The notes beneath the pieces were generated by a model, which ran no database searches, was not told the origin of the DNA, and was given only the letters and a program-made list of their open reading frames with translations. Shown here piece after piece: positions 1 through 11,743 of a stretch of DNA of 64,000 nucleotides (position 1 is its first letter; the number at the start of each line of letters is the position of its first letter). This stretch comes from Ascoidea asiatica JCM 7603 (taxonomy: Eukaryota; Fungi; Ascomycota): assembly GCA_001600695.1 (NCBI GenBank), contig BCKQ01000014.1, positions 108,611 through 172,610 on the forward strand, read 5' to 3'. The position numbers and the translations under genes were made by a program.

Positions 1-1850
1 CACCAATAATAAGTCATAATCAAGTTTTATTAGATATGTATAATAATATTGTAACAAAATTTGTTTTAATTTTATCTAAAGAACAAGAAAAAGATAATTA
101 TGTTTGGAATGAATCTCAGATAATTAATGAAATTAGAAATAAATATATTAATTCCCAATTTAAGAAAAATAAAAATAATTCAAAAAAAAATTATTCAAAC
201 AATTTCAACAATGATAAATTTAGTATAAAAACATCAGATTCTTGGCGGGATAATAAAGAATTTACAATAAAAAATTTTTATCAAGAAGTTATGGAAAAAT
301 CAATGTTGGCAAGAGCAATACGTGATTGTTATGAACAAATTTCAAAATCAGAAATTTGTGAATTAAAATTAAGAGAAAATAAAAACTCATATTCTTTACA
401 GATTCCAATAATTACAAGTTATAAACATTTACCAGAAGAAACAGAAATTATTATTCCAGAATCATTCTTATCATCAATTAATGTTAATTCATTATTAATA
501 TCTAAAAAAGTTGTAAATAAGTCAAAATTAGTCAGAGAAAATAAAATCAAAGAAGAAATAAATAATAATAATAATGAACTATTATCAAATAATCATGATA
601 TAAAATCAGTAAGTCTGACAAATTATACACGTGATAGTAAAAGAAAAATGAACGTAAAAAATTTAAATGAAAATGATATTGATAATAATAATAATAATTT
701 AAATGAAGACGAAGAAGATTCAAATTTTGAGAAAGTTAATTTATTAAAAAATTGTCAATTAAGATATTTTGCGTTACTTTTATTAGATAGTAGAGAAAAT
801 ATTATTAAGGAATTAAAATATCATTCAGATTTTATTCAAAATATAAGACCAACAAAAAATTTATTAAAAATTGCATCAGATAATAACTTTTTAATTGAAC
901 AATGTGAAGAAATTGCGTATCATTTAATATTTTGGAGAAAAGCTAGAATAATTTTACCAATTCATAAAAATAATAATTTTTTAATATCACCAATAAGTCC
1001 AATAAATTATATTAATAAAAAATATAATGAATTATTTAGAAATGAATTTCCATTATTTTCAAATTTAGGAGATTTTTTAACAAATTTTAATGAACCAATA
1101 TCATGTTCAAAATTATCAAATAAATATTCGGGTAGAAAAGAGATTTATGTTAATATATTAAAATGGTTAATGCAAAGAGGTATAATTATGCAATTATTAA
1201 CCTATGCACAAATTAAAATTACTCCAAGAATTAAAACATTAGTCGAAGAAGAAGAAGAAGTTCATAATAGAAGAAAAAGTAATCAAAGTAATTCAAGTAT
1301 TAATAATAAAAAATTAAATAATGATAATTCAAATAATAATAGTACAATTATTCATAGAAGAAATAAGCTGATGTTAAATAGTAATGAAACAAATACTAAT
1401 TCAAGTAATATTAACAATAATTTAAATTTTAAACCAATGAAAAAACAAAGGTCCATGTCAGCAATTAGCAGAAGTGGATTTAATCTGAATTGGGGTGGAA
1501 ATATGTCAGCAATTGAAGAAGATCCATTTAATTCTTCAAGTACATCAGTTAATGAATTAGATAATTATGAGCATTATTATAAAAGATTTGAAGATGAACA
1601 TCCTTCAATAATCTCAGAACCTGATAAACCAACATTATTAGAAAAAAAATGGATACGAAAATTAATTGAAATTAAATTTAAAAAAATGGACTATGTAAAT
1701 CAAAAATTAATATTTGGAAAGATTTTAAAATATCTTAATGGAGTTAATCCTTTAGAATTAATCTCAATTCGAGAAGGAATTCGAAAAAAAGAACTTAATA
1801 AACTTATGGAAATCTTAGGAGAAAATATAGTCATAACTAAACATTGGTAG
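1..1850 (+). CDS. NPR3: Nitrogen permease regulator 3 (SEACIT/GATOR1 subunit), 5'-truncated by the window
   Basis: The frame is open from position 3 (PIISHNQVLLDMY...). It contains Npr3-type motifs (SMLARAIRDCYEQIS, AYHLIFWRKARIILPIH, LKWLMQRG, YLNGVNPLELISIREGIRKKEL) and the C-terminal ...ITKHW. Confidence 0.85.
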   Translation, partial: PIISHNQVLLDMYNNIVTKFVLILSKEQEKDNYVWNESQIINEIRNKYINSQFKKNKNNSKKNYSNNFNNDKFSIKTSDSWRDNKEFTIKNFYQEVMEKSMLARAIRDCYEQISKSEICELKLRENKNSYSLQIPIITSYKHLPEETEIIIPESFLSSINVNSLLISKKVVNKSKLVRENKIKEEINNNNNELLSNNHDIKSVSLTNYTRDSKRKMNVKNLNENDIDNNNNNLNEDEEDSNFEKVNLLKNCQLRYFALLLLDSRENIIKELKYHSDFIQNIRPTKNLLKIASDNNFLIEQCEEIAYHLIFWRKARIILPIHKNNNFLISPISPINYINKKYNELFRNEFPLFSNLGDFLTNFNEPISCSKLSNKYSGRKEIYVNILKWLMQRGIIMQLLTYAQIKITPRIKTLVEEEEEVHNRRKSNQSNSSINNKKLNNDNSNNNSTIIHRRNKLMLNSNETNTNSSNINNNLNFKPMKKQRSMSAISRSGFNLNWGGNMSAIEEDPFNSSSTSVNELDNYEHYYKRFEDEHPSIISEPDKPTLLEKKWIRKLIEIKFKKMDYVNQKLIFGKILKYLNGVNPLELISIREGIRKKELNKLMEILGENIVITKHW

Positions 1851-2441
1851 ATTAATCTAATGAACATTCACTGAACATTGAACTTCTCTTAAACTTAAAT
1901 CTTTCTATTTTTGTAATTAAAGGGACTAAAAATGAATAAAAAAAAACTAAAAATCAAAAAAATTGAAGCTTTCGAAATAGAGTTTGACCAAACGCGTTCT
2001 CTGCGTAAACTTGCATGTAAATACATTGGTTTACGTGTACCAGAGGTGTGGGTCGATTACGTAACTATTTTAATTTTTTTGGTTTGTTGTGGTTTTGGAT
2101 CGATTTCTTTGCTACGTGTAAAGAAGAAAGGAAAAACAAAGAAAGTTTACAGTAAAAGATACGGAGAGGAGAGATTTAGAGCATATATGATTTGGGTTAA
2201 TTTGAATACAATTGAATATAATAGAATAGTTGAATGAATAAATATAATTGACTTGGATTGGATTGAATATAATTAAGTGGATTTAATTGAATTGATTTGG
2301 GATTAAACAGAAGTGGATTTATTTGGAGATTAATAAATAATTCAGCTTTGTAAATTTTTTTTTTTTAATATTCTATCAAACAAAAAGTGATTCCATATCA
2401 TAAAAATAACAATAACAATAACAATAATAATAATAATTAAA

Positions 2442-3047
2442 ATGCGTTGTTTGTTTCTTACAATTTTTATTATATTTAATATAGTAATTATAAATGGACA
2501 TAATGTTTTATTACCATCATATGGTAAACAATGTTTTTTTGAAAAATTAAAAAAAGGAGATGAACTTGCTGTTAGTTTTCAAGTTGGTAATAGAGATCCA
2601 AAAGCCAGTGATCAATTAGCATCAGATTTTTGGATTTTTGATCCAAATGATAATATTTTAATTAAAAAACAATCAGTAAGTCATGGTGATGAATCTGTTG
2701 TTGCACAATCTTCAGGTAAATTTGGTTATTGTTTTTCAAATGAAGCTTATGGAATTTCAACAAAAGATGTTTCATTTAATATTCATGGTGTTATATATAT
2801 TGATGTTAATGATCCAAATGCAGATAATTTAGATGGAGCAGTACAAAAATTATCACAATTAACAAGAGATGTTAAAAATCAACAAAGTTATATAGTTGTA
2901 AGAGAAAGAACTCATAGAAATACAGCAGAATCAACAAATGCAAGAGTTAAATGGTGGTCATTATTTCAATTAATTGTTGTTGGAGTTAATTCTCTTTTTC
3001 AAGTTTATTATTTAAAAAGATTTTTTGAAGTTAAATCTCATGTTTAA
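2442..3047 (+). CDS. EMP24: p24/GOLD-domain COPII cargo receptor (p24 beta)
   Basis: Signal peptide, CFFE GOLD start, YIVVRERTHRNTAESTNARVKWWS, a TM segment and the RFFEVK tail. Confidence 0.95.
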   Translation: MRCLFLTIFIIFNIVIINGHNVLLPSYGKQCFFEKLKKGDELAVSFQVGNRDPKASDQLASDFWIFDPNDNILIKKQSVSHGDESVVAQSSGKFGYCFSNEAYGISTKDVSFNIHGVIYIDVNDPNADNLDGAVQKLSQLTRDVKNQQSYIVVRERTHRNTAESTNARVKWWSLFQLIVVGVNSLFQVYYLKRFFEVKSHV

Positions 3048-3440
3048 TTATTTAATTATTTAATTATTTAGTTATTTAGTTATTTGAATTGCTTACTTGT
3101 TTTTACTTGTTTTTACTTATTTTTACTTATTTTTTTTTGTAATATAAAATATAAAATATAAATTATGAAATACAAAACATCAATTTCATTATCATTATCA
3201 TTATCAATATCATTATCAATATGATTATCAATATCAATATCAATATAAAAGATTTAGATTGTATTAAGTAAATGGGGTATACTGTAAATGGAAATGAGAT
3301 TATCAATTTTAAGTTATAATATAAAAATATGTATGTATTTATTATGAATATATTATTAATATTATAAAGATTAATTTAAGATAAGTTAAGTTAAGTTAAG
3401 TTAAGTTAAGTTAAGTAAATTAAATTAAATTGAATTAAAT

Positions 3441-4297
3441 TTATTTTCTTCTGAAAGAACAACCTTCAGTTAATCTTGCTTTACCACCTGTTGGTTGACA
3501 TAAAACAGTTGTACAAGATTCACAAGCAACTGGAGTTTGAGCATGAGAGAATACAGTTGTAATATTTAAACAACCTGGACATTTAACATCCATAAAATAT
3601 GATCTTGGAGCTTGTACTAAAGTCTTTAATTTATGTTTTTTAGCTTCTGAAGCTGGAGAAGGATGTAATAAATCGACAACTAAAACCTATAATTAATAAT
3701 GAAAAAAATTAGTTAGTATTTTTGAAATTCATTTAAAATAAGTTAAAATTTACTTTGAAAAAAAACTTAAAATTGAATAAATTTGATAAAATGGAACATA
3801 TTATATGATTATATAAATTTGAAAGAGACAGAAACTCGGAATAATGTTGAAATTTTATACATTAGGATAAGATAGAATTTGAAATCTCGATACATTTGAC
3901 TATAATTGATAATTCATACATTTTTCATTTAAAATAGTCAATAACTATGTATATGTTTATAAATTTTTAAAAATATTTCCAATGATTATAAAAAAATAGT
4001 AAAAAAAATTAGGACTATTCATATTAAGTCCAAATTGGTAGAAATTAAAAGTTGAAATTTTAGGTATTCTTTCAATCAATTCTTTTGTTTTTGAGAAAAT
4101 AGTATATCATCTTCATATTGTTTATGTTTCCATTTTCATTTAAAATCTATGAACTATTAATCCTTTGATAAAATTTAAAATTTTTATTTGACGATTATCA
4201 ATTTATATTTGAATTTTGAGAAGTTTTTAAGACCCATTTTAAAATAAATTTATCAATCCATAAGAAATTTGGAGTATGAGGAACCTGTGCTTACCAT
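3441..4297 (-). CDS. RPS27: 40S ribosomal protein S27 (eS27), 82 aa; exon 1 is the ATG only (4297-4295), exon 2 is 3686-3441
   Basis: Manual translation gives M|[81 protein letters not shown]. Not in the ORF track. Confidence 0.97.
3687..4294 (-). other. Spliceosomal intron of RPS27 (608 nt)
   Basis: Donor GTAAGC directly after the ATG, branch point TACTAAC (3718-3712), acceptor TAG (3689-3687). Splicing restores the frame. Confidence 0.9.
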
Positions 4298-4554
4298 TTT
4301 GTATATATTATTATTACTATTATTATTGTATCTCTTTGATTATAGTTCTTTAGACTTATTATAATAATAAAGGTATTTAATCAATCAGATTGTTTAATAT
4401 CAAATAATAAAAATCTTAGAGTAAGAGCAGCAGCAGTAAAAGCTAGCTAGAATTGGTGTTCCCCATTGATTTGCAATTTGCGCTTTGCAATTTCCACTTT
4501 CCACTGCTAGTTAAACAGTTAAACAAAAACACTTTCAAGGAATAATTTTCAGTC

Positions 4555-4775
4555 CCGTGACGGCGGAGAAAGGCCAAAGCAAAGCACGGCACGTGAACTG
4601 ATATTTTTCCATAGTGATCCGGAATGGAAACCGCGGATCTCTTGGTAAAGAAACAAGCAGCAGATTCAAATTGGCAGCAGAGCACGTGCACACGCAGCAG
4701 TCACTCCTGTGATTTGGGTGTGTCACGTTTGTGCAAATAGGGCTCTTTCATGTAAACTGCAGGGCTCTTTTGCCG
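4555..4775 (-). promoter_or_regulatory. RPS27 upstream GC-rich regulatory island (CACGTG E-boxes, AGGGCTCTTT direct repeat, CAGTCAC)
   Basis: CACGTG at 4590-4595 and 4683-4688, CAGTCAC near 4698-4704, AGGGCTCTTT at 4739-4748 and 4761-4770. Confidence 0.5.
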
Positions 4776-5203
4776 TACTTTGTCTTTCGGTGATATCACA
4801 CTCAAAGATGGAAATGGAGAAAGAGAAAGAGAAAGAGAAACGTATCAACGAAGGCTTCAGAGTTGAGATTGAGTAATTTGTAGAAGACCCTTTTTTTATA
4901 ATTTCCCAAATTGTAAATATCCTCAAAGGTAAATAAACACCTTTATTTCCAATTTTAATTGGCTTGTTTTGAAAATGGTAAATATTTTCTTTTTATTCAC
5001 CATTTTTCATAGTATTTTTGCATTTAATTGAGATCAAGTAGGTGTGTATTTCCAAGTAATTACTATATAGTACGATTTAACGTGAAAATAAAAATAAAAA
5101 TAAAAATAAAAATAAAAATATAAAAATGAAAAGTAAAAAGATAGGAAGTGTAAAGTAAAATTGAAAATCACAAGAATTAAACAATAAATATATATAGAAT
5201 AAC

Positions 5204-5300
5204 AAAAATTGATAAAAATTGATAAAAATTGATAAAAATTGATAAAAATTGAAAAAATTGATAAAAATTGATAAAAATTGAAAAAAATTGAAAAAAATTG
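5204..5300. repeat. Tandem ~10-mer (ATAAAAATTG)n minisatellite
   Basis: About 9 imperfect copies are directly visible. Confidence 0.8.
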
Positions 5301-6020
5301 AAATAAAAGTTAAAATAAAACTAACAATGCTAGAAGTTATTTAAAAAATCAAAACACAAATAGAAAATTGATAAAATTGATAAATTTGATAAATTTGATA
5401 AAATTTAATTGAAATTTAATTGAAATTTAATTAATTTTGATTAGATATACTGAAAAAAGTTTAAATATTGTGATTTTAAAATAAGATATTATTTAAACTT
5501 GGAAAATGATTTATATATATATAATTGAGAAAAAGATAAGATAAATAAAAAAGATAATAAGAATTATTGAACAATAATTTATTGGAATAAATTTAGTTAA
5601 AGAAAACTTGTTAAGGAAAACATGTTAAGGAAATAAAAAAGATAATATTTTTCATTATTTGATATATTTAAGAAAAATTATAAAATTAATTAATCAATTG
5701 TAATTTCTCCAATAATTCAATTTGATTTATATCATTTATAGTTTAAATTAACAATTATATTTAGTTTATGATCATTAAACAATTAGGTGATTTTGATTTT
5801 GATTTTAATTTAAATTAGATTTTGAATTTGATTTTTTTAAGGGATTTTGTTTTCTTTTTGTTTTTAACTTCTTCAACTTTCTTTAAGAAAAATATATATA
5901 TATATAATGAATATATTGGAAATATATTAAATTTAATAAATAATTTAATAAATAATTTAATAAATAATTTAATAAATGATATAATAAATATAATAGATAT
6001 ATTAGATATAATAAAGTTAC

Positions 6021-7226
6021 TTATTTTATACCTTTTTTATTTTTTCTTGGAGGAGTTAAAGCAGAATTATTATTATTACCTAATTTATTATAAGTATACT
6101 GAGGTTTTTTTTCAGCAGGTTTTAAAATTTGAAAAGAACATAATAAACTATCATCAACAGACATCATTGCACCAGCATTATCAAATTCACCACAATAATT
6201 TGGAGCAGAAAAAAGTGTAACTAATTGTCTTTTTGCAAAAAATTCATAACCATCTTCAACAACTTGATGAGCTCTACAAATTAAATCCATATCTTGTCTT
6301 TGTAAAAATCTTGAAACAACATCAGGACCAAAAGTAAAAGAAACACCTCTATCATTTTCACTCCAACCAGTTATATCTTTATCAGGATCAGACCAAAGTA
6401 AATCACATAATAAACCAACATCAGGAATATCAGTTGGTCTCATAACTCTTCTAATTTGTTCCATTGAATTTAAATCAGGAGATAAACCACCATGCATTGT
6501 AAAAATTTTTTCATCTATAATTGCAGCAATTGGTAAACAATTAAAACAATCAGTAAAAGTTTTCCATAATTTAATATTATATCTTCTTTTACATTCATCA
6601 TAAAATCCATAAATTCTATTAATTGAAGCACATTCATGATTACCTCTTAAAATAAAAAAATTTTCAGGATATTTAATTTTATAAGCTAATAATAAACAAA
6701 TTGTTTCTAAAGATTGTTTACCTCTATCAACATAATCACCTAAGAATAAATAATTTGCTTCAGGTGGAAAACCACCATATTCAAAAAGTCGCAATAAATC
6801 ATAATATTGACCATGAATATCACCACAAATCTTTAATAATAATAATAATAAAAAAATAATAAATAAAAAGTTAGTAAATGGAAATCTCTAGTTAGTTATA
6901 ATTATATGGTTATATAGTTATACAGTATATATAAACATTTGATATATGAATATATAAGCGCTGAAAGATATAAATATAAATATAAATATAAATATAAATA
7001 TAAATATAAATATAAATATAATAAATGATATAGAATGAATACATACTTTAATTGGAGCTTCTAATTCTAGAAGAATTGGTTGTTGAATAAAGATTTCTCT
7101 TGCTTTAGTACAAAGATATCTAATTTCTTCTTCAGATAAATTTACTTGTTTACCAGGTCTTGAACCTCTAACTTCTAATAATCTATCAACAATAGAATCC
7201 ACATCAGGTTCTTTTTGTTCTGCCAT
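6021..7226 (-). CDS. GLC7: Protein phosphatase 1 catalytic subunit, 329 aa; exon 1 is 7226-7047, exon 2 is 6830-6021
   Basis: Exon 1 ...[12 protein letters not shown] joins exon 2 [17 protein letters not shown].... The GDYVDRG, RGNHE and SAPNY motifs are present. Confidence 0.97.
6831..7046 (-). other. Spliceosomal intron of GLC7 (216 nt) with an AAG acceptor
   Basis: Donor GTATGT (7046-7041), branch TACTAAC (6876-6870). The first AG downstream is AAG (6833-6831). The intron contains a (TATATT)n microsatellite. Confidence 0.92.
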
Positions 7227-8149
7227 TTTGATATTTATTAATACTTGAAGGGATATAAGGTATGAGATATATGATATATGATATATGATATATGATATAT
7301 GATATATGATATAAGTTATAGGTTATGAATGAAATGGAATAATATATTACAAATTTTTATTTCTTATGTATTACCTGGATATATGATTAAGGGAGGTATA
7401 AATAAACAAGTAAATAAGTAGGTAAGTAAAAAAAAGCTCTAATTTAAAATTTTACTTATTTACAGAATGATTTATGGGAAATATATCAAATTATTAAATG
7501 AATATGATTCTGATTGTGATTATAAAGGTGATTATAAAGGTGATCAAAGTGATATATTTGATGTATTGATATTAATATTGATATTGATATATTTGAGTTG
7601 TTTGATAAATGATAGATGATAAAAGATATATTGAGATGGATTGGATAAACAAAAGAATAATTACCTATAACTCTTAGTTAATAGACACACTACACACCGT
7701 AGCAGTAGTAGTAGCAGTAGCAGTAGTAGTAGTAGTAGTAGAAGAAGTGTTCCACGCACGAGTCAGTTCTGGCGGTAAGCACCAAACTCACTGCTGTTTC
7801 GTGTGTTCATTTCATTTCATTTCATCTCATTTCATTTCTGTTTCTTGTTCTTGTTCTGCCCGCCCCCCCGGCGCCACGGAGCCTGTCCACGGCAGGCTTA
7901 CTAATTCGGATTGTTTTTATTTCTACAGCCACAGCCACGTGACATGCCATGCGCCAGCTTTGTGGGTTTTGTGGGTTTTGTTCCTAGATTGCTCTTGAGC
8001 TAGCAATATATAAAAAACCCTTTTTTAAAGCTATTTAAGTTAAATTTGATAATTTAATTCAATTTTTATTTATTCAAATAAAAACATAAAACATAAAACA
8101 TAAAACATAAAGTATATTAAATAATAAAAGTAAATAATAGTATAAAACA

Positions 8150-8512
8150 ATGGAAGATAAAAGCTGTGATATTATCATACCAATAATAATCGTTACTACT
8201 TTATTATCATGTTTTAAAACACTACTTTCTATGGTGGCATATTCTGAAGCATATACAATATCAGCTGAAGATATGTCAAATGTTATAAAACAAATATTTT
8301 TTTTTATTAGTATATTTCATTATGAACCAATTTTATTAATATCCCATTTGATAATTTCACTTTTAATCTATATTATAATTTTATTAATTTATAAAAAACA
8401 ACTATTCATAAATTTTTTTAATAATAAAGGTATATTCTACAATATCCAGAATTGTGGTCTCGATTCTTTTGTACCTTTTTCTGCTGCACCAGCGTCAGAG
8501 TGCAGCAACTAA
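8150..8512 (+). CDS. Hypothetical small hydrophobic (membrane?) protein, 120 aa
   Basis: ATG in AAAACAATGG context, TATATAAAA about 140 nt upstream, A-rich leader, two to three hydrophobic stretches. No recognisable homology. Confidence 0.4.
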   Translation: MEDKSCDIIIPIIIVTTLLSCFKTLLSMVAYSEAYTISAEDMSNVIKQIFFFISIFHYEPILLISHLIISLLIYIIILLIYKKQLFINFFNNKGIFYNIQNCGLDSFVPFSAAPASECSN

Positions 8513-8830
8513 CAGAACAGGACCTGTATATGCATTAATACACAGTAATTTGCAGATGTTTGGTTTTTCTCAATTTTTTTTACTTCCGGTGGTAAATTGC
8601 ACGTGTGTCAGCTTTTCAACTATGTAAATTTCTGACCGGATGTTTCTCTTGGTTTTATTACCCTTTTTGACTCTGCTCTTTTTAAACCAATAAAGTAACT
8701 TTATTGAAATATTTCAATTCAATTCAATTCACTTTAATCATTAATCATTAATCATTAATCATTAATCATTAATAATTATAATAACAATAACAATAACAAT
8801 TATAATAATAGTAAAGGTAAACTTATTAAA

Positions 8831-10042
8831 ATGTCATTGGATATAGGTTCAAATAATGAACAATCATCAAATGATTTTTATAAAAATTTTGAAAATCTTT
8901 CATCAAATAATAACAATATTAAAAATAATTTTGATTTAAATTTAAATTTAAATTCAAATTTAAATTCAAATGAAAAAAAATTTAAAAAAGAAATTTTAGA
9001 TTTAAAAAATAATGAAATTCAATTAATTAAAAATCAACAATTAATTTCAATTAATGAACTTTTAATTAAAAATTCTTTAAAACCAGTAAAAATTAATGAT
9101 ATAAAAATTATTGGTATAAAAAATTATTTTAGAAAAAATTTTATTAAAAATCAATTAAATCCTATAATTTTAAATAATAAAAATAATAACCAAAGAAATA
9201 TTGGTAATGTAATATTACCTTATAATTTATCTAATTTCTTAAATGATATTGATGAAGTTAATAATAATTTCATAAATTCAAATTCTATAAAAGATATTAA
9301 TGTTACAATTAATACTATTAACAATAATAATGATAATAATAATAATAATAATTATAATGATACTTTAATTTTACAACCAATATTTAAAATAACTCCTGCA
9401 AATAAAATTATTGCTTCAACTGGTACTCAATTTGGTGATGGTGAAGCAAATGGGTTTTTAAATTTTCAATTTAAAAATTTTTTAAAAGGTTCTGAAAATT
9501 TATCATTTCAAGCTTCAACAAGTACAAATTCAAAATCTTCTTATCTTTTAAATTTAACTTTTCCAATTTTAAATAATTTAAATTATAAATTAGAAAATTT
9601 AATTTTTTTAAATTCAAAAAATTTACAATATATTTCTCATAATCAAATTATTAAAGGTATTTCAAATAAATTAATTTTAAATGATTTAAATAATTTAAAA
9701 AATTTTAAAAATTTTAAATCTGAATTTATTTTCTTAAATTTCTTAAGATCAATTTCAAATATTAATCAATCAACAATTTCAAATTATATTTTATCAAATT
9801 CATTTAATAATTTTAATTCTTCTTTAATTTATAATATTCAATATGATTCAAGAAATGATAAAATTTTACCAATTTTTGGAAAATTTTTTAAATTTCAATT
9901 TGAATTTTCAAATATTTTTAATTCAAATAATCCTTTTATAAATAAATTTATTAAAAATAATTTTCAATCAATTTTTTCTTATAAATTAAATAATTTTTCA
10001 TTTTTAAATTTCTCTTTTAATACTGGCTTTTTAAAATCTCTA

Positions 10043-10094
<52 letters not shown>

Positions 10095-10603
10095 GCAATT
10101 CTCAAAATAATTTTATGGATAATTTTAATATTGGTGGTCCAACTGATATTAGAGGATTTTCATTTAATGGAATTGGTCCAATTTCTCCAACATTGAATTT
10201 AAATCCAAATCCAAATCTAAACTTAAATTCAAATAATGATTTCGTTAAAAATATTCATAAAAATGGTGATAGAATTGGTGGAAATTTTTATTATACAACA
10301 GGTTTAAGTTTATTTACAATTATACCAAAATATTCAAATAATTTAAATTCACCTTTTAAATTTCATACTTTTTTAAATTGTGGTAAATTATTATCAATTG
10401 ATAATATAAATTTCACAAATTTAAATAATAAAAATAATATTTTAAATATTATTAAAAATCCAAATATTGGTACTGGTTTTGGAATATTATTTAAACATCC
10501 TTCAGTGAGAATTGAATTGAATTTTGTTTTACCAATTGCTGCAAATAGATCTGATTCTGTTCGTAAAGGTTTGCAATTTGGTTTTGGTTTCTCATTTCTT
10601 TAA
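8831..10603 (+). CDS. SAM50: Mitochondrial outer-membrane Omp85 beta-barrel, SAM complex core
   Basis: FNIGGPTDIRGF (IRGF motif), YDSRND, GDRIGG and the C-terminal RIELNFVLPI...RKGLQFGFGFSFL beta-signal. Confidence 0.93.
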
Positions 10604-11059
10604 TCATCATCATTATTTCATTCATTATTTCATTCATTCTTTTATTCATTCATACTTCTCTTTAATCTTTTAATCACTCTTTTATTCACCTTTTATCTTC
10701 AATTGTATATATATTCACTGTATAAATATCTTCTAATAAATCCTCTGCATTCTCTTTCATCGTCATCTTCTTCATTGTCTTCTTCTTTATCTTCTTCTCT
10801 TCATTGTCTTCTTCTTTATCTTCTTCTCTTCTTTATCTTCTCATCATTATCTTTCATCTCTTCTCATTGCCATTGTTATTTATTATACGTGTTTGTCACC
10901 GTACTAAATTTTCACTGCAGTCTCGGAGTTTCTGAACCAGTCACAAAAAAGGAGAAAAAGAAAAGTAAACAACAAACTATTATTTATCTTTAATCAATAT
11001 CAATATCTTTAATCAATATAATATTCATATATAATCAACCAAAGAAATAGATATTTTAA

Positions 11060-11719
11060 ATGAATAAGGATAAAGATACAGTAAAAGATAATCAAATTCC
11101 ATTTGAGAATAATTTTAGATTAAGAAAAGTTGCAGATATTGATTCAAAATCTTGTTTTATATGTTATAAACCAAGTAATTATGTTTTAGTTTCTTTAAAT
11201 AATTTAGATTTTTTTTATATTTGTTTTAATCATTTATCAGATAATAATTTTTCAAATCCAATTTATAATGATGATTATTTTAATTTAAATAATCAATTAC
11301 AAAAAAATAAAGATCGTATAAAAATTTTAAATTTTAAAATTAAAGATAAACAAAGATATGGTACTTGGGATAAAATAATAAATTTTAATAAAAAAAAAGA
11401 AGATAATGATAAAAAGAGTGATAAAAAAAGTGATAAAAAGAGTGATAAGAATGATGAGGAAATAATAATAAACGATAATAAAAAAAGTGTAGAAATTTTA
11501 GAAAAAGAATTAAATAATTTACAAAAAGAAGTAATAGAAATTGAAGAAAAATTAATTGAAATTAAAAAAAATTTAAAATTTTATAAATTAACTATTGATT
11601 TTTATAAAATTAGATTAAATCAATATTTTAAAAAAATTAAAGCTAAAAAAGATAGAGAAATTTATTTAAATAAATTAAGTAATTTACCTTCATTACCAGA
11701 TAATTTACCATCAATTTAA
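11060..11719 (+). CDS. VFA1: Vps4-associated protein 1 (DUF1742 family)
   Basis: PFENNFRLRKVA..SKSCFICYKPS..VL....DFFYIC..HL.D..F..P signature and C-terminal LPSLP. Confidence 0.85.
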   Translation: MNKDKDTVKDNQIPFENNFRLRKVADIDSKSCFICYKPSNYVLVSLNNLDFFYICFNHLSDNNFSNPIYNDDYFNLNNQLQKNKDRIKILNFKIKDKQRYGTWDKIINFNKKKEDNDKKSDKKSDKKSDKNDEEIIINDNKKSVEILEKELNNLQKEVIEIEEKLIEIKKNLKFYKLTIDFYKIRLNQYFKKIKAKKDREIYLNKLSNLPSLPDNLPSI

Positions 11720-11743
11720 TATATTATACTATACTATATATAA

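Noticed and set aside
1932-2237. 101-aa ORF between NPR3 and EMP24
   Set aside because: It spans the EMP24 promoter, has atypical codon use and shows no recognisable motif.
5085-5440. Tandem short repeats considered as CRISPR-like or telomeric arrays
   Set aside because: There are no unique spacers, the context is eukaryotic, and they are simple slippage satellites in an AT-rich intergenic region.
6918-7046. ORF-track extension of GLC7 exon 1 (poly-IF)
   Set aside because: This is read-through into the intron microsatellite.
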